IMG/VR virus record: IMGVR_UViG_3300025099_000004
Span: 1-56,902 of that record
DNA length: 56,902 bases
Direction: 5' to 3' (one strand)
Source: a virus
Taxonomy: Duplodnaviria > Caudoviricetes
This document shows, piece by piece, positions 20,360 to 28,210 of the stretch. The position numbers and the translations under genes are program-made. Under the pieces are notes generated by a model. That model worked only from the letters and a program-made list of their open reading frames with translations, did no database searches and had not been told where the DNA came from. Position 1 is the stretch's first letter. The number at the start of each line of letters is the position of its first letter.

Positions 20360-20546
20360 TTGACACCTCACGATTACACCATTGTTTTAGACGATTTACT
20401 GCATCTAATCTTCGATGAACACTTCTGTCTGAAGGATGTTCAATGTGAAGGTCTGCTAGATGCTCGACCATATGATCGATAGCTACTTGAAGTACATTCA
20501 TCTCTTCCGATGAAAGGTCTAAAGAATAAGCATTTAAATCTGTCAT
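20343..20546 (-). CDS. Hypothetical protein
   Basis: ORF abuts the DUF932 stop and overlaps the int start. Confidence 0.6.
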   Translation of the reverse strand: MTDLNAYSLDLSSEEMNVLQVAIDHMVEHLADLHIEHPSDRSVHRRLDAVNRLKQWCNREVSNAKVT

Positions 20547-21377
20547 CTATGCAGCTTCCAACATACGAAACCTGTCATCACTGACCCACTTAGATACCTC
20601 TTGCTCACGTGACCACATGGACGTAGCCTGTGTATCGTTGCCAGTGTTCTTGAGGTTAAACCCATTACGTTCATCTGCATACGTGGCATAGTTAGTCATG
20701 GCACTATACAATGCGAACTTGTTATGTCCACGAGTCGATGCCTCTTGCATATACAAGCTGTACATCTTCTCAGACTTGCGCTTAGACCCTAACATATCAT
20801 CAAGCAAAGAACTTACATCTACGTATTTGAGATCTGTGTATGCCCACACCTGCATCTGTTCTGCATGAGTATAGAAATCAGTCCTTGCACGATTTAACTC
20901 ATAGATAAAGTTAGCCATTGTAAAGTTAGATGTATTCTTCTTACGTACTTTGTCGTGATCACCACTGATCATACCATTCGTGCAGAAGTCATCAATAGCA
21001 CCAAAGAATACTTGGTTGCTGCATGATCCATCAAGTCCATGAAGACTGATGATCCTGTTCTTAACTGAGGTTTCAAACTTATCTGTGTGAATAGTCTTTG
21101 TGACGTTAGGTAACGTGATGTCGAGCATAGCCCATGCACCATTACGTGCAGTCCTAAAGCTATACTTTGCATCTTCTAGGTCATTTGCATTTAGTGTTTC
21201 ACTTGCAGTGTCAACGACACCACGAAAGAAATCTCCATGTGATGCACACTGAAATGAATTACCTACAATACCAATTGGTTCTGCTGTATCTTGATTGATA
21301 ACATACTTCTTTTCCTTAAACCTAGTAGGTTCAAAGGCTACATCGAAGTCTAAAAATTCTGGAATATCAAACGGCAT
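20547..21377 (-). CDS. DUF932-family protein
   Basis: IGIVG..FQ...H, SLHGLDGS and FCTNGMI motifs; AAGGAG RBS before MPFDIPE. Confidence 0.75.
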   Translation of the reverse strand: MPFDIPEFLDFDVAFEPTRFKEKKYVINQDTAEPIGIVGNSFQCASHGDFFRGVVDTASETLNANDLEDAKYSFRTARNGAWAMLDITLPNVTKTIHTDKFETSVKNRIISLHGLDGSCSNQVFFGAIDDFCTNGMISGDHDKVRKKNTSNFTMANFIYELNRARTDFYTHAEQMQVWAYTDLKYVDVSSLLDDMLGSKRKSEKMYSLYMQEASTRGHNKFALYSAMTNYATYADERNGFNLKNTGNDTQATSMWSREQEVSKWVSDDRFRMLEAA

Positions 21378-21456
21378 ATTGTTCTCCTTATGTTTGTGTG
21401 TACGGCAACTGTGCCATAGTTGTAGTGGGATGTCCACCTATACTAGTAACGGTAAG

Positions 21457-21849
21457 CTACTTATAAAATTTATGTGACCCATAAGCCACAGTCTTCAGTA
21501 ATTTCTTAGACCAGTACGGCCTAACGTATCGTGCATGGTAGTGCGTAGCACCATAAGTTATATCAAGTATCCTACCTGACAGTACATTGTCAGCTACTAT
21601 CAATGACTTAGCCCATGCAAGTTCTTCATAGGGTTTGTCGGACTTACCGTCACAGTACCAGCTAAACTGACACCTGTGGCGTCCTTTGCGGTAGCCCTGC
21701 TTCACGACTTTGCATACATCGTTGGGCCACCTGTTACTTTGTACCCTATTTATTGTGACATGTGCCACTGCATACTGCCCCACCACTGGCTCACTACGAG
21801 CCTCATGGTATACATTAAGGGCAAGGCACATCAATGCTGCACTAAGCAT
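21457..21849 (-). CDS. SleB-like cell wall hydrolase (Hydrolase_2)
   Basis: CLALNVYHEARSE, NRV, CQFSW, GATHYH, H.FY. Confidence 0.92.
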   Translation of the reverse strand: MLSAALMCLALNVYHEARSEPVVGQYAVAHVTINRVQSNRWPNDVCKVVKQGYRKGRHRCQFSWYCDGKSDKPYEELAWAKSLIVADNVLSGRILDITYGATHYHARYVRPYWSKKLLKTVAYGSHKFYK

Positions 21850-22351
21850 ACTGCTTCTCTCTTACAAACCAATCAGGAACAGGACGTTTAGTCCACACCA
21901 TCTTGAACTTGTGTTGTTTAGTCATATAAAATTTACGGTAGCTTTCAATGGGCCACTTCTCTCCTGTCTTTAGGTCGGTGTGTTCACTGAAACACTCAGG
22001 ATGGAATGTCGTGCGTCCCTCTGGTACATACTTAGCTGCCTCTTTGAGTGTAGCATAGTGTCGCATAGAGGCATGGACCTTGCCGTACCTGTGTGTGTAT
22101 TCATCTGACATATGTTTGAACATAAGCAGTGAGTACATGTAGTTGTCTCGTGTCCTTCCAGCCCACAAAGTACATGGGTGCTTCTGGTGTACTGCACGAT
22201 ACAGTCCTGCCTCTTCTGCAAACTCAGGTGCATGTAGTCTGACTGTCGTACATAACATCTGTGCCTCTTCAAGTGGCATCTTGACTACATGTTTGTCACA
22301 CATGTCACGAGCGCACCACTCAGGAGTGTAGTTGATTATGAATCTGTTCAT
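21842..22351 (-). CDS. Pyrimidine-dimer DNA glycosylase (DenV/Pyr_excise-like)
   Basis: MNRF...CDKHVVKMPLE.AQML...HPC..W...EY..RYGK.H. Confidence 0.8.
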   Translation of the reverse strand: MNRFIINYTPEWCARDMCDKHVVKMPLEEAQMLCTTVRLHAPEFAEEAGLYRAVHQKHPCTLWAGRTRDNYMYSLLMFKHMSDEYTHRYGKVHASMRHYATLKEAAKYVPEGRTTFHPECFSEHTDLKTGEKWPIESYRKFYMTKQHKFKMVWTKRPVPDWFVREKQYA

Positions 22352-22691
22352 TTGTTGTCATCCTTTGGTTAATTCATTTTGTATTGTTAAACCTTTTCTG
22401 AGCATAGCTTCAGCCTCTCTTGTATCACCTCGTTTCAATGTGTCAAGTGACCACGCTACCCAGCTTGCAGCTTGAGGTGATAGTAGTTCAGACGTAAGCT
22501 CAGGCTCAGACTGTACTTCTACAGCACCTACCTTGCGATTATTAAGAAACGCCATAAGGCAAGTCTTATCTACTGGTACTTCAACTGTATGCCAGCAACC
22601 TCTACCTAACTGTTTATTTGCATCAGCCTGAGTACCAGCCCATTGCCCTTTGTCATTAGTGTATAGCTTCATTTGTTGTCATCCTTTGGTT
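22347..22691. repeat. Perfect 24-bp direct repeat (22347-22370 and 22668-22691) flanking ORF 22358-22672
   Basis: TTCATTTGTTGTCATCCTTTGGTT occurs twice; on the minus strand it contains RBS + ATG. Confidence 0.9.
22358..22672 (-). CDS. Hypothetical protein between direct repeats
   Basis: ORF with AAGGA RBS; WAGTQADA and VEVPVDK motifs. Confidence 0.7.
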   Translation of the reverse strand: MKLYTNDKGQWAGTQADANKQLGRGCWHTVEVPVDKTCLMAFLNNRKVGAVEVQSEPELTSELLSPQAASWVAWSLDTLKRGDTREAEAMLRKGLTIQNELTKG

Positions 22692-22773
22692 TAGGTATTG
22701 GATTGTGTGACCAATCATCACACGGGTCATCTTCTTTGCCATCATCATCATTGTAATGTGAGTGGTGCTTCAT
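22669..22773 (-). CDS. Tiny acidic protein (34 aa, MKHHSHYNDDDGKEDDPCDDWS...), not in ORF track
   Basis: Hand-translated; GGGGA RBS; ATGA overlap with the next gene. Confidence 0.45.
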   Translation of the reverse strand: MKHHSHYNDDDGKEDDPCDDWSHNPIPKPKDDNK

Positions 22774-22984
22774 GTATGTATCCCCACTTTGTATACTCTT
22801 CATGCTCATACTCAGCACAATCTACAAAGTCTACTATTGCATCGGGATGGTCATGCAAAGCCAGATGAATGGCAAACTCTGTAGCTGTCTTCCAATCACG
22901 CACCGCAGGGTACGTATCGTCTAACGTGACGATAGAGTTAGTGCCATCTATTTCTAATGTTACTTCGTATGCCATTACAGCCAT
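22748..22984 (-). CDS. Hypothetical acidic protein (likely start MAVMAYEV)
   Basis: GAGGA RBS upstream of 22984. Confidence 0.6.
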   Translation of the reverse strand: MAVMAYEVTLEIDGTNSIVTLDDTYPAVRDWKTATEFAIHLALHDHPDAIVDFVDCAEYEHEEYTKWGYIHEAPLTLQ

Positions 22985-22988
22985 GAGA

Positions 22989-23264
22989 TTAATCCTCGCA
23001 ATTACATTCCATTTCATCTGAAATTTCTTGATACAACTGAGGAAAGGCTGCACGTAACTGCCACTCAGCACCATCAATAAGCTTCATGCTATACACACTA
23101 AGGTCATAAGACTCATGTAGTTCAAAGTCACATGTCCTAATAGTTTTTATAACTTTCTTTAAGTGGGCAACTTGCATTGGCAGTAGATTGTTTGCCGCTT
23201 CATTGCGTGCTGCGTCACGTTCATCACGTGCAATCTCCCACGGCTGTCTGGTATCTTTAGTCAT
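22989..23264 (-). CDS. Hypothetical protein (likely start MTKDTRQ)
   Basis: AAGGAG RBS upstream of 23264. Confidence 0.6.
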   Translation of the reverse strand: MTKDTRQPWEIARDERDAARNEAANNLLPMQVAHLKKVIKTIRTCDFELHESYDLSVYSMKLIDGAEWQLRAAFPQLYQEISDEMECNCED

Positions 23265-23385
23265 GTGTTGGTACTCCTTTTGATTTAGCATATGCAATAC
23301 ATATACTTTTGTTGTGTGATATGATGACAACTTTACCATTGCCATCATACACTGTGTACTTGCTTTTATTCTGCATCAGTACCAT
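23257..23385 (-). CDS. Small hypothetical protein (42 aa, ...YTVYDGNGKVVIISHNK...), not in ORF track
   Basis: Hand-translated; overlaps both neighbours in operon fashion. Confidence 0.45.
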   Translation of the reverse strand: MVLMQNKSKYTVYDGNGKVVIISHNKSICIAYAKSKGVPTHD

Positions 23386-23587
23386 AACTTTGTATTTTTT
23401 CCCTTAGTTCTACGCTACTGTGCAGTAACTTAGTTACGTCTACAAGATAAGTTGTATCACTAGATGATAATTTGTCAACCCCTTCATCGTCAGAGACATA
23501 AAAGTAATCACCGTATTCAAGGTTAAGTTTACATTCCGAAATGATAAAGTCTACCTGTGCTTTATTTACTCTGAGTATATACTCCAT
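23366..23587 (-). CDS. Hypothetical protein
   Basis: ORF with AGGAG RBS. Confidence 0.6.
   Translation of the reverse strand: MEYILRVNKAQVDFIISECKLNLEYGDYFYVSDDEGVDKLSSSDTTYLVDVTKLLHSSVELREKIQSYGTDAE
23451..23478 (-). promoter_or_regulatory. Candidate sigma70-type promoter
   Basis: TTGACA-N16-TACAAC(T). Confidence 0.45.
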
Positions 23588-23591
23588 GTAT

Positions 23592-23930
23592 TTAAGCTCC
23601 TAACTTTTTCTCAAGTTCTTTAACTTGTGTCATTAATACTTTGTATTGCTTAATTAATTTACCACGTGTTCCGCTTCTCTTAGCTGGTATAAGCCCCTTG
23701 TTTATTAGGACTGCTCTACGATAAGATACACGATGCACATACTCATTCAAGTCAGAAGCAATTTGCTCCATAGTTTTATTGGCATCGTTCTCGACAATGT
23801 AATCGTCCAACACTGCATAGTTATAGGTAAACTTATCTGCCATCTTCATGTGGAAGGTATGGTTGACATACAACTCAGGGTGAGTTGACTTAACTACAGG
23901 GCGATTAGTGATTTTGATTTTGATAGTCAT
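23592..23930 (-). CDS. Hypothetical protein, possible HTH
   Basis: KTMEQIASDLNEYVHRVSYR helix pattern; AAGGAG RBS. Confidence 0.6.
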   Translation of the reverse strand: MTIKIKITNRPVVKSTHPELYVNHTFHMKMADKFTYNYAVLDDYIVENDANKTMEQIASDLNEYVHRVSYRRAVLINKGLIPAKRSGTRGKLIKQYKVLMTQVKELEKKLGA

Positions 23931-23955
23931 AGCGTGGGTTCTCCTTTGTGCTATA

Positions 23956-24378
23956 TTAAACGTTAAGTTCTAGGGTCGTGTCTTCAAGTTCGTGCCAGCC
24001 AGTAGGCATACACACAAATGCTATGTTGTCTAGTAGATTAACAACAATGTCACCAACTGACAGGCTAGGGTGCTTCATCAGATGGGTAGTTTTAATAGGG
24101 TTGTCTTGCTCTATGCCATTGCCCTCAGCAAATATAGCCTCAAGTCTGGTACTCTCAAGACTTTTCTCACTACCTGCATACTGCATAAACATAGTAGGTT
24201 GATACAAACTGTACACCATTCCTGTATGTACAATTTTTTCTGGTGTAGCATTGTCTTTACCCATCATTATACTCAGGCTAAAGTATGCATCTGCCATAGG
24301 TTTATTACGTCCTGTGTTTATTATCTCTATCAGTTCATCATCAAGAGGACGTTGATATATTAAATATGAATGTAACAT
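23956..24378 (-). CDS. YodL-like domain protein
   Basis: Y.IYQ near the N-terminus; HPSLSVGDIVV...FVCMPTGW at the C-terminus. Confidence 0.6.
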   Translation of the reverse strand: MLHSYLIYQRPLDDELIEIINTGRNKPMADAYFSLSIMMGKDNATPEKIVHTGMVYSLYQPTMFMQYAGSEKSLESTRLEAIFAEGNGIEQDNPIKTTHLMKHPSLSVGDIVVNLLDNIAFVCMPTGWHELEDTTLELNV

Positions 24379-24515
24379 TAGGCTACCTTTCTACGTAGAC
24401 TGTGTTTCGTTTTACGTGCAAGCTTTCGCTCACGTTTCCAATCATCTTTCTTAGGTCCAACGTTGGACTTAGGTTTCTTCGTAATCTTAACGAAGTTAGT
24501 CATCTCGTAGCGCAT
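24378..24515 (-). CDS. Small basic protein (45 aa, MRYEMTNFVKITKKPKSNVGPKK...), not in ORF track
   Basis: Hand-translated; AGGAG RBS; TAATG coupling. Confidence 0.65.
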   Translation of the reverse strand: MRYEMTNFVKITKKPKSNVGPKKDDWKRERKLARKTKHSLRRKVA

Positions 24516-24648
24516 TGTACTTCTCCTGCTTACGGTTACGTTTGGCTTTGTTACCCTTCTTAGGGGGTACTACCTGTGGCGATTTGCGTAGTTGTAGCAT
24601 AGCCTTTGCCACAGGATTTACAATACCTATTGTTGGTTTGATTTTCAT
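24496..24648 (-). CDS. Small basic NPVAK-type protein (50 aa), ArfA-like pattern, not in ORF track
   Basis: MKIKPTIGIVNPVAKAMLQLRKSPQVVPPKKGNKAKRNRKQEKYNALRDD; ATGA-coupled to the upstream ORF. Confidence 0.65.
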   Translation of the reverse strand: MKIKPTIGIVNPVAKAMLQLRKSPQVVPPKKGNKAKRNRKQEKYNALRDD

Positions 24649-24779
24649 TTCTGCACCTTAATATATTCACGAGTTATCTTATGCTTAAAGAAAAGCGTCT
24701 CACTGTCCTCATACATAAACATGTAAGAGTTTTTTATAGCTTCAAAAGCTTCTTCAAATTTCTGTTTCACATTCATCAT
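24645..24779 (-). CDS. Small hypothetical protein (44 aa, ...YMFMYEDSETLFFKHKITREYI), not in ORF track
   Basis: Hand-translated; AAGGAG RBS. Confidence 0.6.
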   Translation of the reverse strand: MMNVKQKFEEAFEAIKNSYMFMYEDSETLFFKHKITREYIKVQK

Positions 24780-25023
24780 GCCACAAATCTCCTTTGTATA
24801 CTTTATAGTCTATCCTACTTTGTGCCTCTTGTAAGGCATCAATAAGTTCTGTCAAGGTTGAGCCATATCTTATGATAGGCATGAAAGCATTTGGCTCACC
24901 TATACCTACCTCTTGAAACTTAGTTGCTAGTGGGTCAGGGTCTCTGTGTTGTGCAATTGATACCTTAACCCCATTGTGAGTTACATAAATGTAATTAAAA
25001 TCTATCTCAATTAAATTATCCAT
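24754..25023 (-). CDS. Hypothetical early protein
   Basis: Overlapping ORF in the early operon; start uncertain (25035 or 25023). Confidence 0.6.
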   Translation of the reverse strand: MDNLIEIDFNYIYVTHNGVKVSIAQHRDPDPLATKFQEVGIGEPNAFMPIIRYGSTLTELIDALQEAQSRIDYKVYKGDLWHDECETEI

Positions 25024-25669
25024 GTTCAAATCCATATGTTATACATTCTACGTGAAACCTAGACACTACGTCACCAGTATCTAAGGCACGATTGGCACGA
25101 TTGCCAGCGACATATTCACACCAGCTATTCCACCAGTATTCTGCCGTATTTGTTTGTTCCATTGGATCTGTAACCATCTTGTGACAGAGGGTCACATATC
25201 CTGCTATCTTTCTACGGATAGTACCTTCGGATGCCTTTAAGTTTATCTTCACTACACTGTCAGATATATCCAACCTCTTGAGGTTATGACTGTCCAGACA
25301 GGCTGTATTAAAGCCAAGGCATTGAGCAAAGAAACCAGCCTTGACCATGCCCATGTTGGGAACATTGACAAACAGTCGTATGATTTCTGAACAACCCATA
25401 GGTGTATCATATCCAAACTTGTCCACTATGTCGTACACTTTGCCATACAAGTAATCGGCATTGTCTACTAGGTACTTGTACCCATCAGACTTTTTGCCCC
25501 ACAAACAGTCGGCATCGTAGCCATCGTTCTGCACCTTGACCATGCTACCTCGTACAGTAGACAGGCCAGCTTGTATCGTAAGCAGTACGAACAGGCCAGT
25601 GTTTACCAAGGCATCTGGACCACGCCATCTGACAAAGGCTTTGATTTCACTTACATCACGTTGATACAT
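25016..25669 (-). CDS. HhH-GPD superfamily DNA glycosylase-like protein (Ogg-like)
   Basis: VPNMGMVKAGFFAQCLGFNTACLDSHNLKRL matches the HhH + DxH pattern of Ogg-type enzymes. Confidence 0.6.
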   Translation of the reverse strand: MYQRDVSEIKAFVRWRGPDALVNTGLFVLLTIQAGLSTVRGSMVKVQNDGYDADCLWGKKSDGYKYLVDNADYLYGKVYDIVDKFGYDTPMGCSEIIRLFVNVPNMGMVKAGFFAQCLGFNTACLDSHNLKRLDISDSVVKINLKASEGTIRRKIAGYVTLCHKMVTDPMEQTNTAEYWWNSWCEYVAGNRANRALDTGDVVSRFHVECITYGFEHG

Positions 25670-25727
25670 TTTTTGTTCCCTCTTGTAGCCATTTTATAAC
25701 TCCGTTATAGTTAGGTCCAATGTTGGA

Positions 25728-25919
25728 CTAAGCAAATGCCTCGTCCCATTCGGCAGGTGTAATACCTGTCTTTAAGAACTCACGTTCATCTGCAGTCAGG
25801 TTAGGCATCACCTCTTGTATTGATGCACCTTCCATCCACAATGTAATCTGCTTTTCAGATACATCAATTTCCATTTCATGTGACTTACCACTCAACATTG
25901 ATTTTTTACCAACTAACAT
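25728..25919 (-). CDS. Conserved-looking small phage protein (PNLTADEREFLKTGITPAEW)
   Basis: ORF with AAGGA RBS. Confidence 0.75.
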   Translation of the reverse strand: MLVGKKSMLSGKSHEMEIDVSEKQITLWMEGASIQEVMPNLTADEREFLKTGITPAEWDEAFA

Positions 25920-25940
25920 TCTGTATGTTTCCTTGTTTGT

Positions 25941-26010
25941 TACTGTCTATACATGTTATATAAACACTTTCACTAAAGTATCAAGTGTTTATATAACTGT
26001 AAGACAAGTA
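25941..26010. other. Long imperfect hairpin with TCACTAAAG apex
   Basis: 15-bp perfect arms GTTATATAAACACTT (25955-25969) and AAGTGTTTATATAAC (25983-25997), with further outer pairing. Confidence 0.8.
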
Positions 26011-26012
26011 GT

Positions 26013-26228
26013 TTAATTTACGTCACGCCATCCTGTGTCTTGACGCCATTCAATTAAGTTACCGACTTGATCATAAACTTCGTTTACTTTAGGTCCAACG
26101 TTGGACTTGGCTTGTTGCTGTTTAGCAAGGTCAAGTCGAGCTTTCAGCTCAATACGTCTGTCTGCTTTCGGCGTAGCATAGACTTGTCGTAGTCTAGCAG
26201 AGCTAGAATTATGTAAATAATATTTCAT
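26013..26228 (-). CDS. Hypothetical early protein (contains KSNVGP)
   Basis: GGAG RBS before MKYYLH. Confidence 0.6.
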   Translation of the reverse strand: MKYYLHNSSSARLRQVYATPKADRRIELKARLDLAKQQQAKSNVGPKVNEVYDQVGNLIEWRQDTGWRDVN

Positions 26229-26229
26229 A

Positions 26230-26373
26230 TTATACTCCAAATACATAGCAAAGTTTTGCTATTGAGAAACCAATAATTGCTACATCAATTATAATAATTG
26301 ACCATGCAACAAAGCGAATTAAATCATGGTAAGTACCATCAGCTTGGCACAAGTATTTAACTACGTTAAACAT
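26230..26373 (-). CDS. Small membrane protein (47 aa), not in ORF track
   Basis: MFNVVKYLCQADGTYHDLIRFVAWSIIIIDVAIIGFSIAKLCYVFGV; one hydrophobic span. Confidence 0.5.
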   Translation of the reverse strand: MFNVVKYLCQADGTYHDLIRFVAWSIIIIDVAIIGFSIAKLCYVFGV

Positions 26374-26560
26374 CATCATCATCGTCCTCTTCTAGATTTC
26401 CAAAAAGAGTAAGACACTGAAGTGTGTGACCTTCTTTACCTATTTTTGTGAAGTGATCGACAATTCTATCAATACTATCACCTTCTTCCATATCTATGGT
26501 TGTAGGTGACGTATTGCCATAGTGATTAGATGTCAGATACATTGTTAATTTATATTTCAT
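26366..26560 (-). CDS. Hypothetical early protein
   Basis: GGGAG RBS; acidic C-terminus. Confidence 0.6.
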   Translation of the reverse strand: MKYKLTMYLTSNHYGNTSPTTIDMEEGDSIDRIVDHFTKIGKEGHTLQCLTLFGNLEEDDDDDV

Positions 26561-26574
26561 TTTGTAATCTCCCT

Positions 26575-26772
26575 TTACGCCAACGATACCTTAACGACAT
26601 CGCCTTGCGGATTGTACATAACCGACACAGTACGATGCACATTTCTTGCACCCATCCATGTATTCCACCATGCATCTGCATCAGATTTTGTATCACAAAA
26701 TAAACTATTGCAATGTAAATCTGTCGTGCTTTCTTCCGCATAACAAGAATGGGTAGATTTTAATTCCCACAT
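26575..26772 (-). CDS. Hypothetical early protein
   Basis: AAGG RBS; fills the gap between neighbours. Confidence 0.55.
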   Translation of the reverse strand: MWELKSTHSCYAEESTTDLHCNSLFCDTKSDADAWWNTWMGARNVHRTVSVMYNPQGDVVKVSLA

Positions 26773-26802
26773 GATAATAACCTTTCAGGTTAAAGTGACA
26801 GC

Positions 26803-27384
26803 TTACGCTGCCACCTTTGTTTCTTCTGCTTCAGCTTCGCTGACTGTATCCACTTCCATTAGCATCTCTGCTATGTCGAGTAGGTCTATGTTATTTGCTT
26901 TGCAAACTGCAACCAGCTTGTCAAAGACAAGTTCTTTGGTGACAGTAACCGTAGGTTTCTCAGTAGGTCCAACGTTGGACTTGACTTCAGCTTCGCTGTT
27001 AGTACCTTCGGTATCTTCAGCCTTTGGCTTGCTAGGCTTCATAGCTCTCTGCAAAGCAGTGAGAGAAGTAAATCCTTTCTTGCTTTTAGCAACAAACTTT
27101 CTAGCATCAACTTCGTTGTTGATAAACCATTCAGCTTCGCTGCGGCGTCTCTTGTCCACTAAGTGGAGATGAACTTCACGAAGCCTTTGGCTTGTGATTT
27201 TACCACCATTGACTTCGGCTCTCAATTCTACCATCAGCTTTCCAAGCCGTGTGTCGAATCCATCAGCTTTGGTTGACTTGTTGAAACGTCTCTTATCACC
27301 TTTGGTGATTGTTTCCCATTCCTCTGCTAAGGCTTTGCCTTGATCTTCCAGAGTTGTGATATTTTGAATTTGAAGATTTGCCAT
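26803..27384 (-). CDS. First early-arm protein, function unknown (contains KSNVGP)
   Basis: AAAGGA RBS; 193 aa. Confidence 0.8.
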   Translation of the reverse strand: MANLQIQNITTLEDQGKALAEEWETITKGDKRRFNKSTKADGFDTRLGKLMVELRAEVNGGKITSQRLREVHLHLVDKRRRSEAEWFINNEVDARKFVAKSKKGFTSLTALQRAMKPSKPKAEDTEGTNSEAEVKSNVGPTEKPTVTVTKELVFDKLVAVCKANNIDLLDIAEMLMEVDTVSEAEAEETKVAA

Positions 27385-27401
27385 TTGGTTGGTCCTTTTA
27401 T

Positions 27402-27484
27402 CTATAATCTGTTTTTATATGAGAAACGTATATCTCTCACTAAAGGTGAGATATACTTTATCATTAAAAACTAATAGATTATAG
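27402..27484. other. Long imperfect hairpin with TCACTAAAG apex
   Basis: Nested arms CTATAATCT/AGATTATAG, GTTTTTA/TAAAAAC and GTATATCTC/GAGATATAC. Confidence 0.8.
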
Positions 27485-28181
27485 TATAAGTTTTCGATTT
27501 GGTTCTCACATGTGATCCTCTGCGCCTGTCGTTTCACAGGTGACTGCAAAAATATATTTCATATATATTTTGAAGTTCGTGCGCTAAACTCATGCGAGGC
27601 TTCGATTTGCACAAACATCTGAAAAGTGTGACAAATATGTCATATACTTTGTATATGGGTTAAGTCCAACATTGGACCACCAAATCTGTTTGGCAGAGCT
27701 GTGTACGGCTTGTAGGATCATGCATCTGCCATCAGAGATGGTGGGTATGGTTTTGTGCATCGTCCTTTGAAATACACCCTTGGTGTAAAAAACGGCCTGT
27801 TATCTCACTCTAAAGAGTGGCAACTGATTGCATAACAGTTGTCGTAGACAAGTAAGTGATTGAAAGTAAACATATCTTTGATATGATGGTGGAGTGAAGC
27901 ATGGTTTTTGCTGTCACCGCAGGTATGCAAGGCATAATGTGTAGGCATGCGCAGGGTGAACGCAGCGGTAGGCGAGGGCCACACGCCCCCACGTGGATAG
28001 TATATACATACAAGCACACAGATCTGGAAAATAGGGTGTTAACTACTTTACACATATGCATAAACGTGGTCACACAGGACACATAACGTGATCACAAACG
28101 GTTTGGCAAATGTGTACAGTGAATACTAGTAACTTTATGTTACAGTATAGTAACATTTAGTGTAACAATTGAAATTAACAC

Positions 28182-28210
28182 TTGACATGGGGTATTATGT
28201 GTGTAAAACT
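28182..28210 (+). promoter_or_regulatory. Candidate late-arm sigma70-type promoter
   Basis: TTGACA-N16-TAAAACT. Confidence 0.55.

Larger units (their letters stand above)
24455..27677. repeat. Dispersed palindrome GTCCAAYGTTGGAC, 5 copies (24455, 25715, 26093, 26967, inverted at 27664)
   Basis: Read directly; extended consensus TAGGTCCAAYGTTGGACT. Confidence 0.9.

Noticed and set aside
27431-27450. CTCACTAAAGG resembles the T3 RNA polymerase promoter core
   Set aside because: The upstream ATTAACC is absent and no single-subunit RNA polymerase gene is present; kept only as a hairpin-loop motif.
24455-27677. Palindromic repeats as a CRISPR array
   Set aside because: Spacing is irregular (about 380-1260 bp), copies lie inside genes, and there are no cas genes.
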